From the NCBI GenBank assembly GCA_043809365.1, contig JAZDDW010000009.1, forward strand, positions 1 to 48,272: 48,272 nucleotides of DNA, in the 5' to 3' direction. The first letter of the stretch is position 1. Every line of letters starts with the position of its first letter. The notes beneath the pieces were generated by a model, which did no database searches, was not told the DNA's origin, and worked only from the letters and a program-made list of their open reading frames with translations. A program made the position numbers and the translations under genes. Source of the stretch: a bacterium (lineage in GTDB: Bacteria; Patescibacteriota; Microgenomatia; UBA1400; UBA12108). This document shows positions 28,012 through 36,737 of this stretch, piece by piece.

Positions 28012-29664
28012 CTAACCCTCAATAATTATCGGGATAACCACCGGATTCTTGCCGACATGTTCAATAAACAATCGACTTACCTCCTTGGATATCTTATCTT
28101 TACTATACAACTTATCTCGAGTCATGTCTGCTCTACCCAAGGCATTCAAAAGTTGGAGTTTAATCTCCCCCATCATCTTTGGATCAATTTGGAGTGTAAT
28201 CCCCTTGGGGATGATGTCAAGGTCTAGTTTCTCACCAAGTTTAGGTTGGGTAAGTACTACCACTACCACTCCTTCTTGAAACATCAGTTTCCGGTCCATA
28301 ATATGTTCACTATCATCCGTGATGATCCCGCTCTCTACGTAAACATTCTTAAGTTCTATGGGCTCTCCAAATTTTACTATCCCACCCGGCTCAATAAGAA
28401 TAGGCTGATTCTCTGGCATGAGCACGCGCTCACTTGGGATTCCCATCTCACCTGCGAGTTTCCCGTATTGGATATTGTGTCGGTGAGTCCCACCAGTTGG
28501 CATCACATACTTGGGTTTAGTCATCGCCATGAGCATCATGAGTTCCATAGCTGAAGCATGGCCCGAGACGTGTAGGTCATCTGATATATCAGAGTAAGAG
28601 ACATTAATGCCATGCCGAGCTAGTAGATCAATGAGACGATAAACATTGCTTTCGTTGCCTGGGATTGGATCTGCCGAAAAAATCACTTTATCTCCAGGGT
28701 CAAGACTCACAGTTTGGTGATCCCCCGTGGCAATCCGCTCTAGTGATGATCCCATCTGTCCTTGGGAGCCGGCGATAATCAAACACTGTTCATTTTTGGG
28801 TAAAGACATAATTTTGCGCTTATCAATCACTACTCGCGGGGGAATCGTGAGGAATCCAAGCTCTGTAGCCACCTTGACATTGCGCTCTACTGAAAATCCG
28901 ACAAAGGCGACTTTTCGATTATTCCGTTTGGCCACCCACAGCGCTTGTTGAATTCTGCTGATGTTACTACTCATGGTTGTAACTACTATCCTATTAGCTT
29001 CCCCTCGAAATTCTCGTTCAAACGAATCTTCAACTATCGCTTCCGACAAGGAATAGCCTTTTTTCTCGCTACGCAGACAATCAGATAATAGTAAAATTAC
29101 TCCTTCCGCTCCTGCCCGAGTCATGGATTGGATATCTGGCAATTCTTGACCGACCGGTGTCCAGTCAAATTTAAAATCGCTCCCATGATAAATATTACCC
29201 ATGGGCGACTTAATAATTAAATGTTTAGTATCTGGGACCGAGTGGGTAACAGGGATCATCTTGACCTCAAAATCCCCAAGCATTATGGGTTGCCGGTCTT
29301 TGACCACATTCAAAATCCGCGGATCAATCCTAAACTCTTTAAATTTTTCTTTGATAAATCCGGCCGTTAACTTGCTCGCGTAGATCGGGATGCCCCCTCG
29401 TAGTTGCGGGATAATGTAGGGGAACCCTCCGATATGATCTTCATGCCCGTGGGTCACCACGAATCCTCGGATCTTGTCTTGTTTATCCTTAAGATATGTT
29501 ATGTCGGGGATCGTTAGATCTACGCCCGACACTCCTTCATCCGGAAATCCCATCCCGCAGTCCACAATAAAAATATCCCGTTCCGACTCGTAGACCCACA
29601 TATTATCGTGGACATTCGGCGTCCCCCCCAAGGGGACTATTTTGATAGTTTGATTAGGATTCAT
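28012..29664 (-). CDS. rnj: Ribonuclease J (metallo-beta-lactamase/beta-CASP)
   Basis: Motifs HGHEDHIGG and HVSGHA are present in a 550-aa protein. GGAGG lies upstream of the ATG. Confidence 0.92.
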   Translation of the reverse strand: MNPNQTIKIVPLGGTPNVHDNMWVYESERDIFIVDCGMGFPDEGVSGVDLTIPDITYLKDKQDKIRGFVVTHGHEDHIGGFPYIIPQLRGGIPIYASKLTAGFIKEKFKEFRIDPRILNVVKDRQPIMLGDFEVKMIPVTHSVPDTKHLIIKSPMGNIYHGSDFKFDWTPVGQELPDIQSMTRAGAEGVILLLSDCLRSEKKGYSLSEAIVEDSFEREFRGEANRIVVTTMSSNISRIQQALWVAKRNNRKVAFVGFSVERNVKVATELGFLTIPPRVVIDKRKIMSLPKNEQCLIIAGSQGQMGSSLERIATGDHQTVSLDPGDKVIFSADPIPGNESNVYRLIDLLARHGINVSYSDISDDLHVSGHASAMELMMLMAMTKPKYVMPTGGTHRHNIQYGKLAGEMGIPSERVLMPENQPILIEPGGIVKFGEPIELKNVYVESGIITDDSEHIMDRKLMFQEGVVVVVLTQPKLGEKLDLDIIPKGITLQIDPKMMGEIKLQLLNALGRADMTRDKLYSKDKISKEVSRLFIEHVGKNPVVIPIIIEG

Positions 29665-29676
29665 CTTGCCTCCATC

Positions 29677-30342
29677 TTACCACGCGATCGGGAGTTCCCC
29701 GTGGCTAAATAAATATTCATTACATCGAGAAAATGGTCTAGATCCAAAAAATCCGGAATATGCCGAGAGAGGTGAGGGGTGAGCCGAACAAATCACCAAA
29801 TGCCTGGTTTGGTCAATGACCGCCCCTTTCTTTTGTGCGTACGCTCCCCAGAGGATAAACACCAGGTTTTCCTTTTGCTCCGACAGTACTTTCACAACCG
29901 CATCTGTAAACTTCTCCCATCCCACATTCTGATGAGAATTGGCATGATGCTGCCGCACGGTCAATGTCGCATTAAGCAGGAGTACCCCCTGCTTACCCCA
30001 CTCCTCCAAATCTCCACTCGGGTATTTAGGTTGATGACCTAGATCGCTTTCAATTTCTTTGTAAATATTTTGGAGCGATGGTGGCAATCTCACTCCCTGA
30101 TTCACTGCAAAGCAAAGCCCATTGGCCTGTCCCGGTTCATGGTATGGGTCTTGACCCAAAATAACGACCTTCACTTGCTCAAACGGCGTAAGTTCGAATG
30201 CGTGGAAAATAAACCGGGGCGGGGGATACACCGTCGTTTTTTGGTATTCTTGTTTAACAAAGTTGGTGAGTTGAGCAAAATAATCTTGCTCAAACTCGTG
30301 CTCTAATGCTCTCTTCCAGCTTGGCTCAATCTTGACATCCAT
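29677..30342 (-). CDS. ung: Uracil-DNA glycosylase, family 1
   Basis: Motifs GQDPYH, LLLN and HPSPLSA are present. Confidence 0.95.
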   Translation of the reverse strand: MDVKIEPSWKRALEHEFEQDYFAQLTNFVKQEYQKTTVYPPPRFIFHAFELTPFEQVKVVILGQDPYHEPGQANGLCFAVNQGVRLPPSLQNIYKEIESDLGHQPKYPSGDLEEWGKQGVLLLNATLTVRQHHANSHQNVGWEKFTDAVVKVLSEQKENLVFILWGAYAQKKGAVIDQTRHLVICSAHPSPLSAYSGFFGSRPFSRCNEYLFSHGELPIAW

Positions 30343-30344
30343 CC

Positions 30345-31391
30345 CTAATAAGCCTGCATGTACTGTTTGTAATTGGTCATGTCCACTTTCACTGCTCGAG
30401 TTTTACCCTCCACAATCTCTCGAGCAACCCTTCTCGTCATCGCGTTAATCGTCCGCTGGAGGGTACGAATTCCGGCATCATAACCTAGTGGGCGGGTTAC
30501 GACTGGCCAGACAGCGCTATCAATGGTCAACTGACCAGTCAATAGTCCCGCTTCTTTCATGGCTCCAGGCAAGAGATACTCCGCGGCGATATGGATTTTT
30601 TCCTCATCGGTGTAGCTGGGCATCTGAATGAGCTCCAATCGATCCAGCACTGCTGTCGCCACGTTGGTTGTGTTGTTGGCGGTCGCCACAAACAATACTT
30701 GGGAAAGATCTAGTGGGTAATCCAGGTAATGGTCGAGGAATCGGTTATTTTGGGTAGGGTCTAGCAACTCAACGAGTACTCCCATGATGTCAGCCCGCTC
30801 CTCCGCACCCACTCGATCAATTTCATCTAGGAGAATAATCGGATTCATACTTTGCGCATCCCGGAGGGCTTTGACAATCGCGCCTGGTTCAGCCTCGGCA
30901 AACAAGCGCGATTTACCTCGCAAATCGCGTGCACTCCCTAATCCTCCAAAGGGGATGCGAGCAAACTTGCGCCCCAGTACGTTAGCTAGAGAGTAAGCAA
31001 AAGTTGTTTTACCCGTTCCTACGAGGCCTACTAAAAATATCGCCGGTGCATGGGCCGTGTTTTCTCCCCCCTGAGTCATGCGTAGTTTGATGGTTGCTAG
31101 GTACTCAAGCATGCGATCCTTGGGTTCTTTCATGCCGTAGTGACTAGTATTCATCGCGGTCTGTGCCGCGACAATATCTAGCCTATCACTCGTGTACTCT
31201 CCCCACGGCAAGCTCGTAATCCAGGAAATATAGTGGGCACTGCGGTCATACTCGGCCGAGTAGACTCCGGTATCCACCATCCGTGTAAGGCGCGAGAGCA
31301 TCTCTTCCGCTTTTCCTCGCAAATCATCCGGGGGCTTGGCTTCCGTGATTAACCTCTTCAGTTTTTCGAGTTCATCTGTCAAATTTGGCAT
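30345..31391 (-). CDS. Lon-type AAA+ ATPase module with no N-domain and no protease domain
   Basis: It aligns by eye with E. coli Lon from the pre-AAA helix through the alpha subdomain: SWITSLPW, HYGMKEPKDRMLEYLA, GLVGTGKTT, GAIVKAL, ILLDEIDR, VATANN, LDRLELI, YTDEEK, AGIRTLQR. It ends about 25 aa after that. ATG 31391 is used; the track start at 31409 is a TTG. Confidence 0.75.
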   Translation of the reverse strand: MPNLTDELEKLKRLITEAKPPDDLRGKAEEMLSRLTRMVDTGVYSAEYDRSAHYISWITSLPWGEYTSDRLDIVAAQTAMNTSHYGMKEPKDRMLEYLATIKLRMTQGGENTAHAPAIFLVGLVGTGKTTFAYSLANVLGRKFARIPFGGLGSARDLRGKSRLFAEAEPGAIVKALRDAQSMNPIILLDEIDRVGAEERADIMGVLVELLDPTQNNRFLDHYLDYPLDLSQVLFVATANNTTNVATAVLDRLELIQMPSYTDEEKIHIAAEYLLPGAMKEAGLLTGQLTIDSAVWPVVTRPLGYDAGIRTLQRTINAMTRRVAREIVEGKTRAVKVDMTNYKQYMQAY

Positions 31392-31397
31392 AAATCC

Positions 31398-31406
31398 ATG
31401 GTAGCA
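31398..31406 (-). promoter_or_regulatory. Extended -10-like TGcTACCAT, 6 nt upstream of ATG 31391 (leaderless candidate)
   Basis: The minus strand reads tttgTGcTACCATggatttATG. Confidence 0.4.
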
Positions 31407-31451
31407 CAAACCTGGGTCAGTCAGTAGATGTCCATAGTTATTAGTGTAACG

Positions 31452-31865
31452 CTATTTATATTCGCTGATGTGGATGACGTGAGGAAATTTAGTTTTTTCG
31501 ATAAACTTGCGGTCGGCAGTTATTAGTTGACATTTATTATGTTTGGCAACAACAGCATAGAGCATGTCATAAAAACTAGTTTTGTATTTCCTAGCGAGAA
31601 GCGTCGTTTTAATTATTTCTTTTGCATTTGAAATGTGAGATCGTAACTGCAAATCATATATTTTATTGAGAGTAGAGTTAATTTTGTTAGTAGGAAAAGT
31701 GGTCTTGGTAGCAATAGTGTTACTAATTTCGTAATAAAACAAGTCCGGAACCATAATGGGATCTTTGTAATTAATATGTGATTCCATCAGAGCAAAACTC
31801 TGCTCCTCGAAATCCTCTCCAGGAATTATCCATTTGACCGCGACTGATGTGTCGATGATAATCAT
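31452..31865 (-). CDS. vapC: PIN-domain toxin (VapC-like)
   Basis: The N-terminus MIIIDTSVAVKW carries the first acidic residue and TAD lies near the C-terminus. The ATG overlaps the antitoxin stop (ATGA). The region is AT-rich relative to its flanks. Confidence 0.8.
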   Translation of the reverse strand: MIIIDTSVAVKWIIPGEDFEEQSFALMESHINYKDPIMVPDLFYYEISNTIATKTTFPTNKINSTLNKIYDLQLRSHISNAKEIIKTTLLARKYKTSFYDMLYAVVAKHNKCQLITADRKFIEKTKFPHVIHISEYK

Positions 31866-32119
31866 TGTTCGTAGCGCATTGCAGTCACTGCGTCAGAAAG
31901 GCTTTTCCCAGAGAAATATTTCCTGTTTCCTTGGGCAAGTTTCTTAAAACTATTAAGGATAGTTTTGGTACTCTGTTTGTTTTTGGTTTTTTTGGTAAGT
32001 TTTTGATGCACTAAAGAAGTAAAACTCATACGCTTATTCAAAGCCTCAGTCTTGAGAGACATATAGAGGTCTTCGGGGAAGCGCATGTTTGTAGTGACAA
32101 AGCGTCGTTGAATATTCAT
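31862..32119 (-). CDS. vapB: Antitoxin candidate (RHH/CopG-like, VapB position)
   Basis: 85 aa. MRFPEDLYMSLKTEALNKRMSFTSLV fits a ribbon-helix-helix strand plus helix. It lies immediately upstream of the PIN gene and is coupled to it. Confidence 0.55.
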   Translation of the reverse strand: MNIQRRFVTTNMRFPEDLYMSLKTEALNKRMSFTSLVHQKLTKKTKNKQSTKTILNSFKKLAQGNRKYFSGKSLSDAVTAMRYEQ

Positions 32120-32120
32120 A

Positions 32121-32154
32121 TGTACAATTGTACATTAGTACATTTGTATGTCAA
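32121..32154 (-). promoter_or_regulatory. vapBC promoter TTGACA-N16-TACAAT-N7-ATG with a perfect 14-bp palindrome (TGTACAATTGTACA) across the -10 box
   Basis: The -35 box is at 32149..32154, the -10 box at 32127..32132 and the palindrome at 32121..32134. More GTACA half-sites follow (ttaGTACAtttGTAtg). Confidence 0.6.
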
Positions 32155-32609
32155 GGTACAATCCGTACGAGCATTCCGACTTCAGATAAATTGTACACTT
32201 CCGGTGCGTCCTTGGGTTCCATTGCAATACAGCCCCCAGTTTGTTTATCCCCAATATAGTAACCCGATTTATAGAATGGTTTTCCCCTGGAGTCGAGCGC
32301 GTAAGCAATTTCATGAATTCCGAGGTATGCTCCTACTTTGTTGGCGTAAGTAAATCCCATCCAGTAAGGCATCCACACGTTATAGATCTCGGAGAAAGCT
32401 CTGGGTGCTTTATTCAAAATATGAAACTCCCCAGGTGGGGTAGGGTAATCCACTCCCGTTGAAATCCGATACTCCCCGTAACGCGAACCATTAATAAAAA
32501 AATACATTTTTTGTTGGGAAAGATCTATTTCTAGATAACGCGTAGCGAGTGATCCATCCGAACTAGGCCCATCATCTACTCCCATCACCATGGGAGTTGG
32601 TTCTCCCAA
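32151..32609 (-). CDS. L,D-transpeptidase catalytic (YkuD) domain; apparently the 3' part of a split gene
   Basis: Motifs YLEIDLSQQKMYFFINGSRYGEYRISTG and the active site GIHE...TGGCIAM are present. There is no signal peptide or TM of its own. The track start is a TTG; in-frame ATGs lie at 32591 and 32585. Confidence 0.75.
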   Translation of the reverse strand: MGEPTPMVMGVDDGPSSDGSLATRYLEIDLSQQKMYFFINGSRYGEYRISTGVDYPTPPGEFHILNKAPRAFSEIYNVWMPYWMGFTYANKVGAYLGIHEIAYALDSRGKPFYKSGYYIGDKQTGGCIAMEPKDAPEVYNLSEVGMLVRIVP

Positions 32610-33298
32610 AAACGGGCATTGATTGCTGTTCTTGCATTCTTGTAAGTGGCCTCAGCATTAAAGTACTCTTTTTGTTTGGGAGTAAGCCGTGCCTCGATAT
32701 AACCATTGAGTTGCACGGCATTAATCTCGAGTGCTCGATTAAGATCCACAACTTGGGGTAACAAAATTGTGCGCAAAATAGAGGGAGCCAGTGTCAGTTC
32801 TGAGTAATCTATTCCATTTTTCAGTCGTATTTTAAGAGGTGACCGATAGATGCGGTTTAGCCTCAGATTATATTCAGCAATTAAGCTGGTATAGCGTGGG
32901 CGTAGGGTATAACTAGGGGTAAGTATGATCTCTGCTTCTTCCTCGCACATAGCCACCTCTTCCCTGATCACACTAGTTTCAATTACATAATCTTGGGGGT
33001 AAGAGCTTAGTTCTACTTCCCCAGTTTGGGAGTTATAGTTAATCTTTGGGGTTATCCCATTATTAACTGGAATAATAATTTCTTCTTGAGATTCTAGTGA
33101 TTCTCGTGTCAAAACATATGTTTGGTTGGGCAGATGTAAAGTAATTATTGGATCACTTTGGGCGAGAGTCTTAGTTGTAGATTGCCAAGAAATCACCTTG
33201 AAAGTTAACAATCCCGAGAGCCCAGTCAAAATTAATAGCCATATATTCATCCACAGGATTCGTTTTGTCATTGGGGAACCGTTTTCTCCACTACCCAT
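32585..33298 (-). CDS. TM-anchored N-terminal part of the L,D-transpeptidase (putative peptidoglycan-binding region)
   Basis: It has a TM helix (ILWMNIWLLILTGLSGLLTF) and ends 25 nt inside the YkuD ORF in another frame. See the frameshift finding. Confidence 0.6.
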   Translation of the reverse strand: MGSGENGSPMTKRILWMNIWLLILTGLSGLLTFKVISWQSTTKTLAQSDPIITLHLPNQTYVLTRESLESQEEIIIPVNNGITPKINYNSQTGEVELSSYPQDYVIETSVIREEVAMCEEEAEIILTPSYTLRPRYTSLIAEYNLRLNRIYRSPLKIRLKNGIDYSELTLAPSILRTILLPQVVDLNRALEINAVQLNGYIEARLTPKQKEYFNAEATYKNARTAINARFWENQLPW

Positions 33299-33304
33299 GT
33301 CCGG

Positions 33305-33313
33305 ATTCTATCA
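33305..33313 (-). promoter_or_regulatory. Extended -10 TGaTAGAAT, 6 nt upstream of ATG 33298 (leaderless candidate)
   Basis: The minus strand reads gcgTGaTAGAATccggacATG. Confidence 0.55.
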
Positions 33314-33358
33314 CGCAATAATCGCACAGGTCTTAGTAGATAAATATGTCTATGGGGT

Positions 33359-35542
33359 TCAGCGGCGGGGACGAAATCCACCACGATCACCACCACGTCC
33401 TCCAAATCCTCCGCGATTACCACCACCAAATTCTCGGCGGGGTTCGCGCGGTGCTTCGGGTTTGAGTTCGTTCAAGGGGACCATCGAGAGATCAGTTCTC
33501 CCCATATCATCCACTCCCTTGACGTAGACGTGGACGCTGTCTCCCTCTTTAACGAGTGCAGCTGCATCTTGGACATATTCCTTGGACATCCGAGAGACAT
33601 GGACCAGGCCTTGTTTGCCGGGCAAAAACTCGACAAAACAGCCGTATCCCTCAACTCTCGTGACCTTGCCGTCATATTCCTCTCCTGGTTCGGCCGTGTG
33701 AGTCATCCCCTTGATCCAAGTTGCGGCTTTCTCCATCCCCACAGGATCAATACCGGAGACTGTCACTTTCCCCACTCCGGTCGAGTCATCAATATCTACC
33801 TGCGCACCCGTCTCAGCCATAATGAGCTTAATATTCTTGCCTCCTGGTCCAATCACTTCCCCGATTTTGTCGGTGGGGATCTCAAACTGGACAATCTTAG
33901 GAGCATACTTGCTAAGTTCTTTCCTGGGTTTGGGAATCGCCGCAAGCATGACCTCCATAATCTCCAGGCGCGCGACCTTGGCTTGAGCCAGCGCTTTCTC
34001 CAAGACTTCAAAAGAGATTCCACTCACTTTAATATCCATCTGCAGGGCGGTAATCCCGTCGCGGGTTCCGGCCACTTTAAAGTCCATATCTCCCACGTGA
34101 TCTTCGATGCCGGCAATATCGGTCAGTACCACTGACTTTTTCCCGTCCGTCATCAGTCCCATGGCAATCCCCGCCACTGGTTTCTTCAAGGGTACCCCCG
34201 CGGCCATCAGGGCCATACAGGATGCACAGACAGAAGCTTGGCTGGTTGAACCATTGGAACTCATCACTTCCGAGACAACTTGGATGGTGTAGGGGAAATC
34301 GATCTCTGGGGGGAGCATTGGCATAATTGCGCGTTCAGCTAAAGCTCCGTGACCGATCTCGCGTCTGCCTGGTGCGCCAAATCTACCTGTCTCGCCCGAG
34401 GCGTAGGGGGGCATGGCATAGTGATGAATATAATGTTTCACCGTCTCTGATTCCATGGTCTCGAGGATCTGCCCCAGTGCCGGCGCCCCAAGTGTGGCCA
34501 CACTCAAGACTTGGGTTTGACCCCGTTTAAACATCGCACTCCCGTGCGGGCGGGGGAGGATATCCACTTCGGCCTCCAGTGGACGGATCTCTGTTAACTT
34601 GCGCCCATCAACTCGTTTTTCACCCTCAATCGTCATCGTCCTTGTTTCTTCGGCCAAAACGTCATGAATAATCTCGTAAAGCTGTTTGTCATTCAGTTTT
34701 TCGACGTAACTATCTTTTAATGTCTCGACAAAGCTCTCAACGAGCCCATCTTCGCATCCTGGGACTCCCAAGCGTTTCTTTAGATCTGTGCGAACTTTCT
34801 TAGTTACTTCATTTTTGAGCTCAGCGCTCACATTCTCGGCAAGGATAAATTCTTGTTTCTTCTTGCCTACTTTGGCTTTTAACTCTTCGATCAAATCAAT
34901 GATTTTCTTGATTTCTTCGTGGGCAAACTGCAGACCCTTCAAAGTTTCCTCTTCCGTCACTTCGTTTGCTCCAGCCTCTACCATCACAATTGCGCTACGG
35001 CTCCCCGATACGATTAAGTCTAGTTTCGAAGTTTTTCTTTCTGCGTAGGTGGGGTTGACTCGATATTTTCCTTCAATTAGCCCTACTCGCACCCCAGCAA
35101 TTGGGCCTTCCCAGGGAATATCCGAGATAGAGAGGGCAGCCGAGGTCCCAACCAGTCCGGGCATGTCCGCATCATTTTCGCCATCTGCCGAAAGGACGGT
35201 GGCGATTACTTGCACATCCCGTTTTACAGACTTGGGAAATAGCGGACGGATCGAACGGTCAATGATCCTACCCTTAAGGATAGCCTCGTCGGTTGGTCGT
35301 CCATCCCGCTTTACCCAACGACTGCCTTTGATTTTGCCTCCGGCATACAGCTTTTCGGCAAAATCGACCGAGAGCGGGAAATAGGAAAGGGTCGTCTCGC
35401 TCTTGCCCATGACTGTGGTCACGTGCACCATCGTCTCGCCATAGGTCACGAGAACCGCCGCATTGGCTTGCTCGGAGAATTTTCCGTATTCTAGTACTAG
35501 CTCACGCTCGCCCACTTGGGCGGTAACCTTGGTTGTTTTCAT
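33359..35542 (-). CDS. pnp: Polyribonucleotide nucleotidyltransferase (PNPase) with an RGG-rich C-terminal tail
   Basis: Two RNase PH domains are followed by KH (GPGGKNIK) and S1 (GCFVEF) domains. The tail is PREPRREFGGGNRGGFGGRGGDRGGFRPRR. Confidence 0.96.
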   Translation of the reverse strand: MKTTKVTAQVGERELVLEYGKFSEQANAAVLVTYGETMVHVTTVMGKSETTLSYFPLSVDFAEKLYAGGKIKGSRWVKRDGRPTDEAILKGRIIDRSIRPLFPKSVKRDVQVIATVLSADGENDADMPGLVGTSAALSISDIPWEGPIAGVRVGLIEGKYRVNPTYAERKTSKLDLIVSGSRSAIVMVEAGANEVTEEETLKGLQFAHEEIKKIIDLIEELKAKVGKKKQEFILAENVSAELKNEVTKKVRTDLKKRLGVPGCEDGLVESFVETLKDSYVEKLNDKQLYEIIHDVLAEETRTMTIEGEKRVDGRKLTEIRPLEAEVDILPRPHGSAMFKRGQTQVLSVATLGAPALGQILETMESETVKHYIHHYAMPPYASGETGRFGAPGRREIGHGALAERAIMPMLPPEIDFPYTIQVVSEVMSSNGSTSQASVCASCMALMAAGVPLKKPVAGIAMGLMTDGKKSVVLTDIAGIEDHVGDMDFKVAGTRDGITALQMDIKVSGISFEVLEKALAQAKVARLEIMEVMLAAIPKPRKELSKYAPKIVQFEIPTDKIGEVIGPGGKNIKLIMAETGAQVDIDDSTGVGKVTVSGIDPVGMEKAATWIKGMTHTAEPGEEYDGKVTRVEGYGCFVEFLPGKQGLVHVSRMSKEYVQDAAALVKEGDSVHVYVKGVDDMGRTDLSMVPLNELKPEAPREPRREFGGGNRGGFGGRGGDRGGFRPRR

Positions 35543-35559
35543 GAAAAATTAGATCTGAT

Positions 35560-35826
35560 TTACTTCGCGAGATTCAAGCTTTTGATAAGCGTTTTATACC
35601 TATCCTCTGTATTACCGCGGAGGTAATTGAGGAGGCGACGACGCTTGGACACCATCTTGAGGAGTCCACGCCTGGAGTGATTGTCCTTTTTGTGAAGCTT
35701 CAAGTGAGATGTGAGTTCCTTGATGCGCTCAGTTAAGAGGGCAATCTGTACCTCGGGAGAACCAGTATCTCCTTTCGTAGTTGCAAATTTTTTAATAATT
35801 GTGGTTTTGCTGTCAGTTTTTAACAT
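35560..35826 (-). CDS. rpsO: 30S ribosomal protein S15
   Basis: From ATG 35826 the protein reads MLKTDSK...[51 protein letters not shown] (88 aa). The longer track ORF runs into the upstream gene. Confidence 0.93.
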   Translation of the reverse strand: MLKTDSKTTIIKKFATTKGDTGSPEVQIALLTERIKELTSHLKLHKKDNHSRRGLLKMVSKRRRLLNYLRGNTEDRYKTLIKSLNLAK

Positions 35827-35838
35827 AACTAGGTGTGT

Positions 35839-35867
35839 ATTGTAGCCGATTCTCCACAATCTGGCAA
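35839..35867 (-). promoter_or_regulatory. rpsO promoter TTGCCA-N17-TACAAT, 12 nt upstream of the ATG
   Basis: The minus strand reads ccaTTGCCAgattgtggagaatcggcTACAATacacacctagttATG. It lies in the short gap between the upstream gene (ends 35892) and the rpsO ATG. Confidence 0.5.
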
Positions 35868-35891
35868 TGGGAAAATTTAGTGGGTTACCGC

Positions 35892-36737
35892 TCAACTCTT
35901 GAAAATCTTGGGTTTCATCCAATCGGCTTTGGGTACTTCACCTACCGGTTTGACAGGCACGCCATGGTCGACGATGGGCATATCCGCGACAATCTTGGCT
36001 TGAGTGACAGGAATCGTGGGTGTCTGGCGGCGGGCACCTGTGCGATACAAGATCGCTAACGCCTCAAACGTATCTGCCGTCATGTTGGGCGAGGAGAGCC
36101 CATTGGTCGCCGCCTCAATCCCTTGCATCAAGTTGTTGGCAATATCCATATCCATCGGTAGTTCTAGTTCTTTGATGATCGCCGTCACCAGTTCTGCATT
36201 ACTTGAGCTAGGATCTGTGATATTTATCGCTCCATATGTTCCCACCTGATTGCTAATATTTATGAGACGTTCTTTCGCAAATAACTCATTTTCTTTCTCC
36301 GCTAGCGTTCCTACATCTTTCAAGTCAGCCGCTCCAAGGACTACGACTAGATCAGCCGCCGCCCCGGAATAACTAAACTTCACATTATCTTTGGTTATCG
36401 CAGTCACTCCCTTAGCGGGATTGACAATCAGGTTTAGATGACCCCCTTCGGTATTACTCGTGACTTTGTCGATTGAGCTCTCCGGTACATCCAGGGTAAT
36501 AACTAGATTATTCCCCCCCACCTCAGTCGTAATCTGGTCTAGTCCCACAATATGTGAGTCGCGGACAATGGGTAAGGTCGAAGTTGAGATCGTCACAGTT
36601 TTGCCACTTTGTTTGAGGGATAAATAGAGCGCCAGAGCCGAAGCCACAATATCCTGGCTAGGGTTGGCAGGCATTGTCAAAAGGACGGTTTGTGCCGTCC
36701 CCAACTTGGTTTTTAGTTCTTGTAGTTGGTCGTTCAT
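35892..36737 (-). CDS. DHH-domain-like protein with degenerate catalytic motifs (NrnA-like fold?)
   Basis: [33 protein letters not shown] parallels NrnA motif I but lacks DxD. No DHH triplet is present. [30 protein letters not shown] parallels the TDTGxF region. The ATG overlaps the infB stop (ATGA). Confidence 0.35.
   Translation of the reverse strand: MNDQLQELKTKLGTAQTVLLTMPANPSQDIVASALALYLSLKQSGKTVTISTSTLPIVRDSHIVGLDQITTEVGGNNLVITLDVPESSIDKVTSNTEGGHLNLIVNPAKGVTAITKDNVKFSYSGAAADLVVVLGAADLKDVGTLAEKENELFAKERLINISNQVGTYGAINITDPSSSNAELVTAIIKELELPMDMDIANNLMQGIEAATNGLSSPNMTADTFEALAILYRTGARRQTPTIPVTQAKIVADMPIVDHGVPVKPVGEVPKADWMKPKIFKS

Noticed and set aside
33126-33527. A plus-strand ORF with a Pro/Arg-rich tract (RRGRNPPRSPPRPPNPPRLPPP).
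   Set aside because: It is the mirror image of the PNPase RGG tail and of the start region of the transpeptidase gene. It spans an intergenic promoter and has no independent support.
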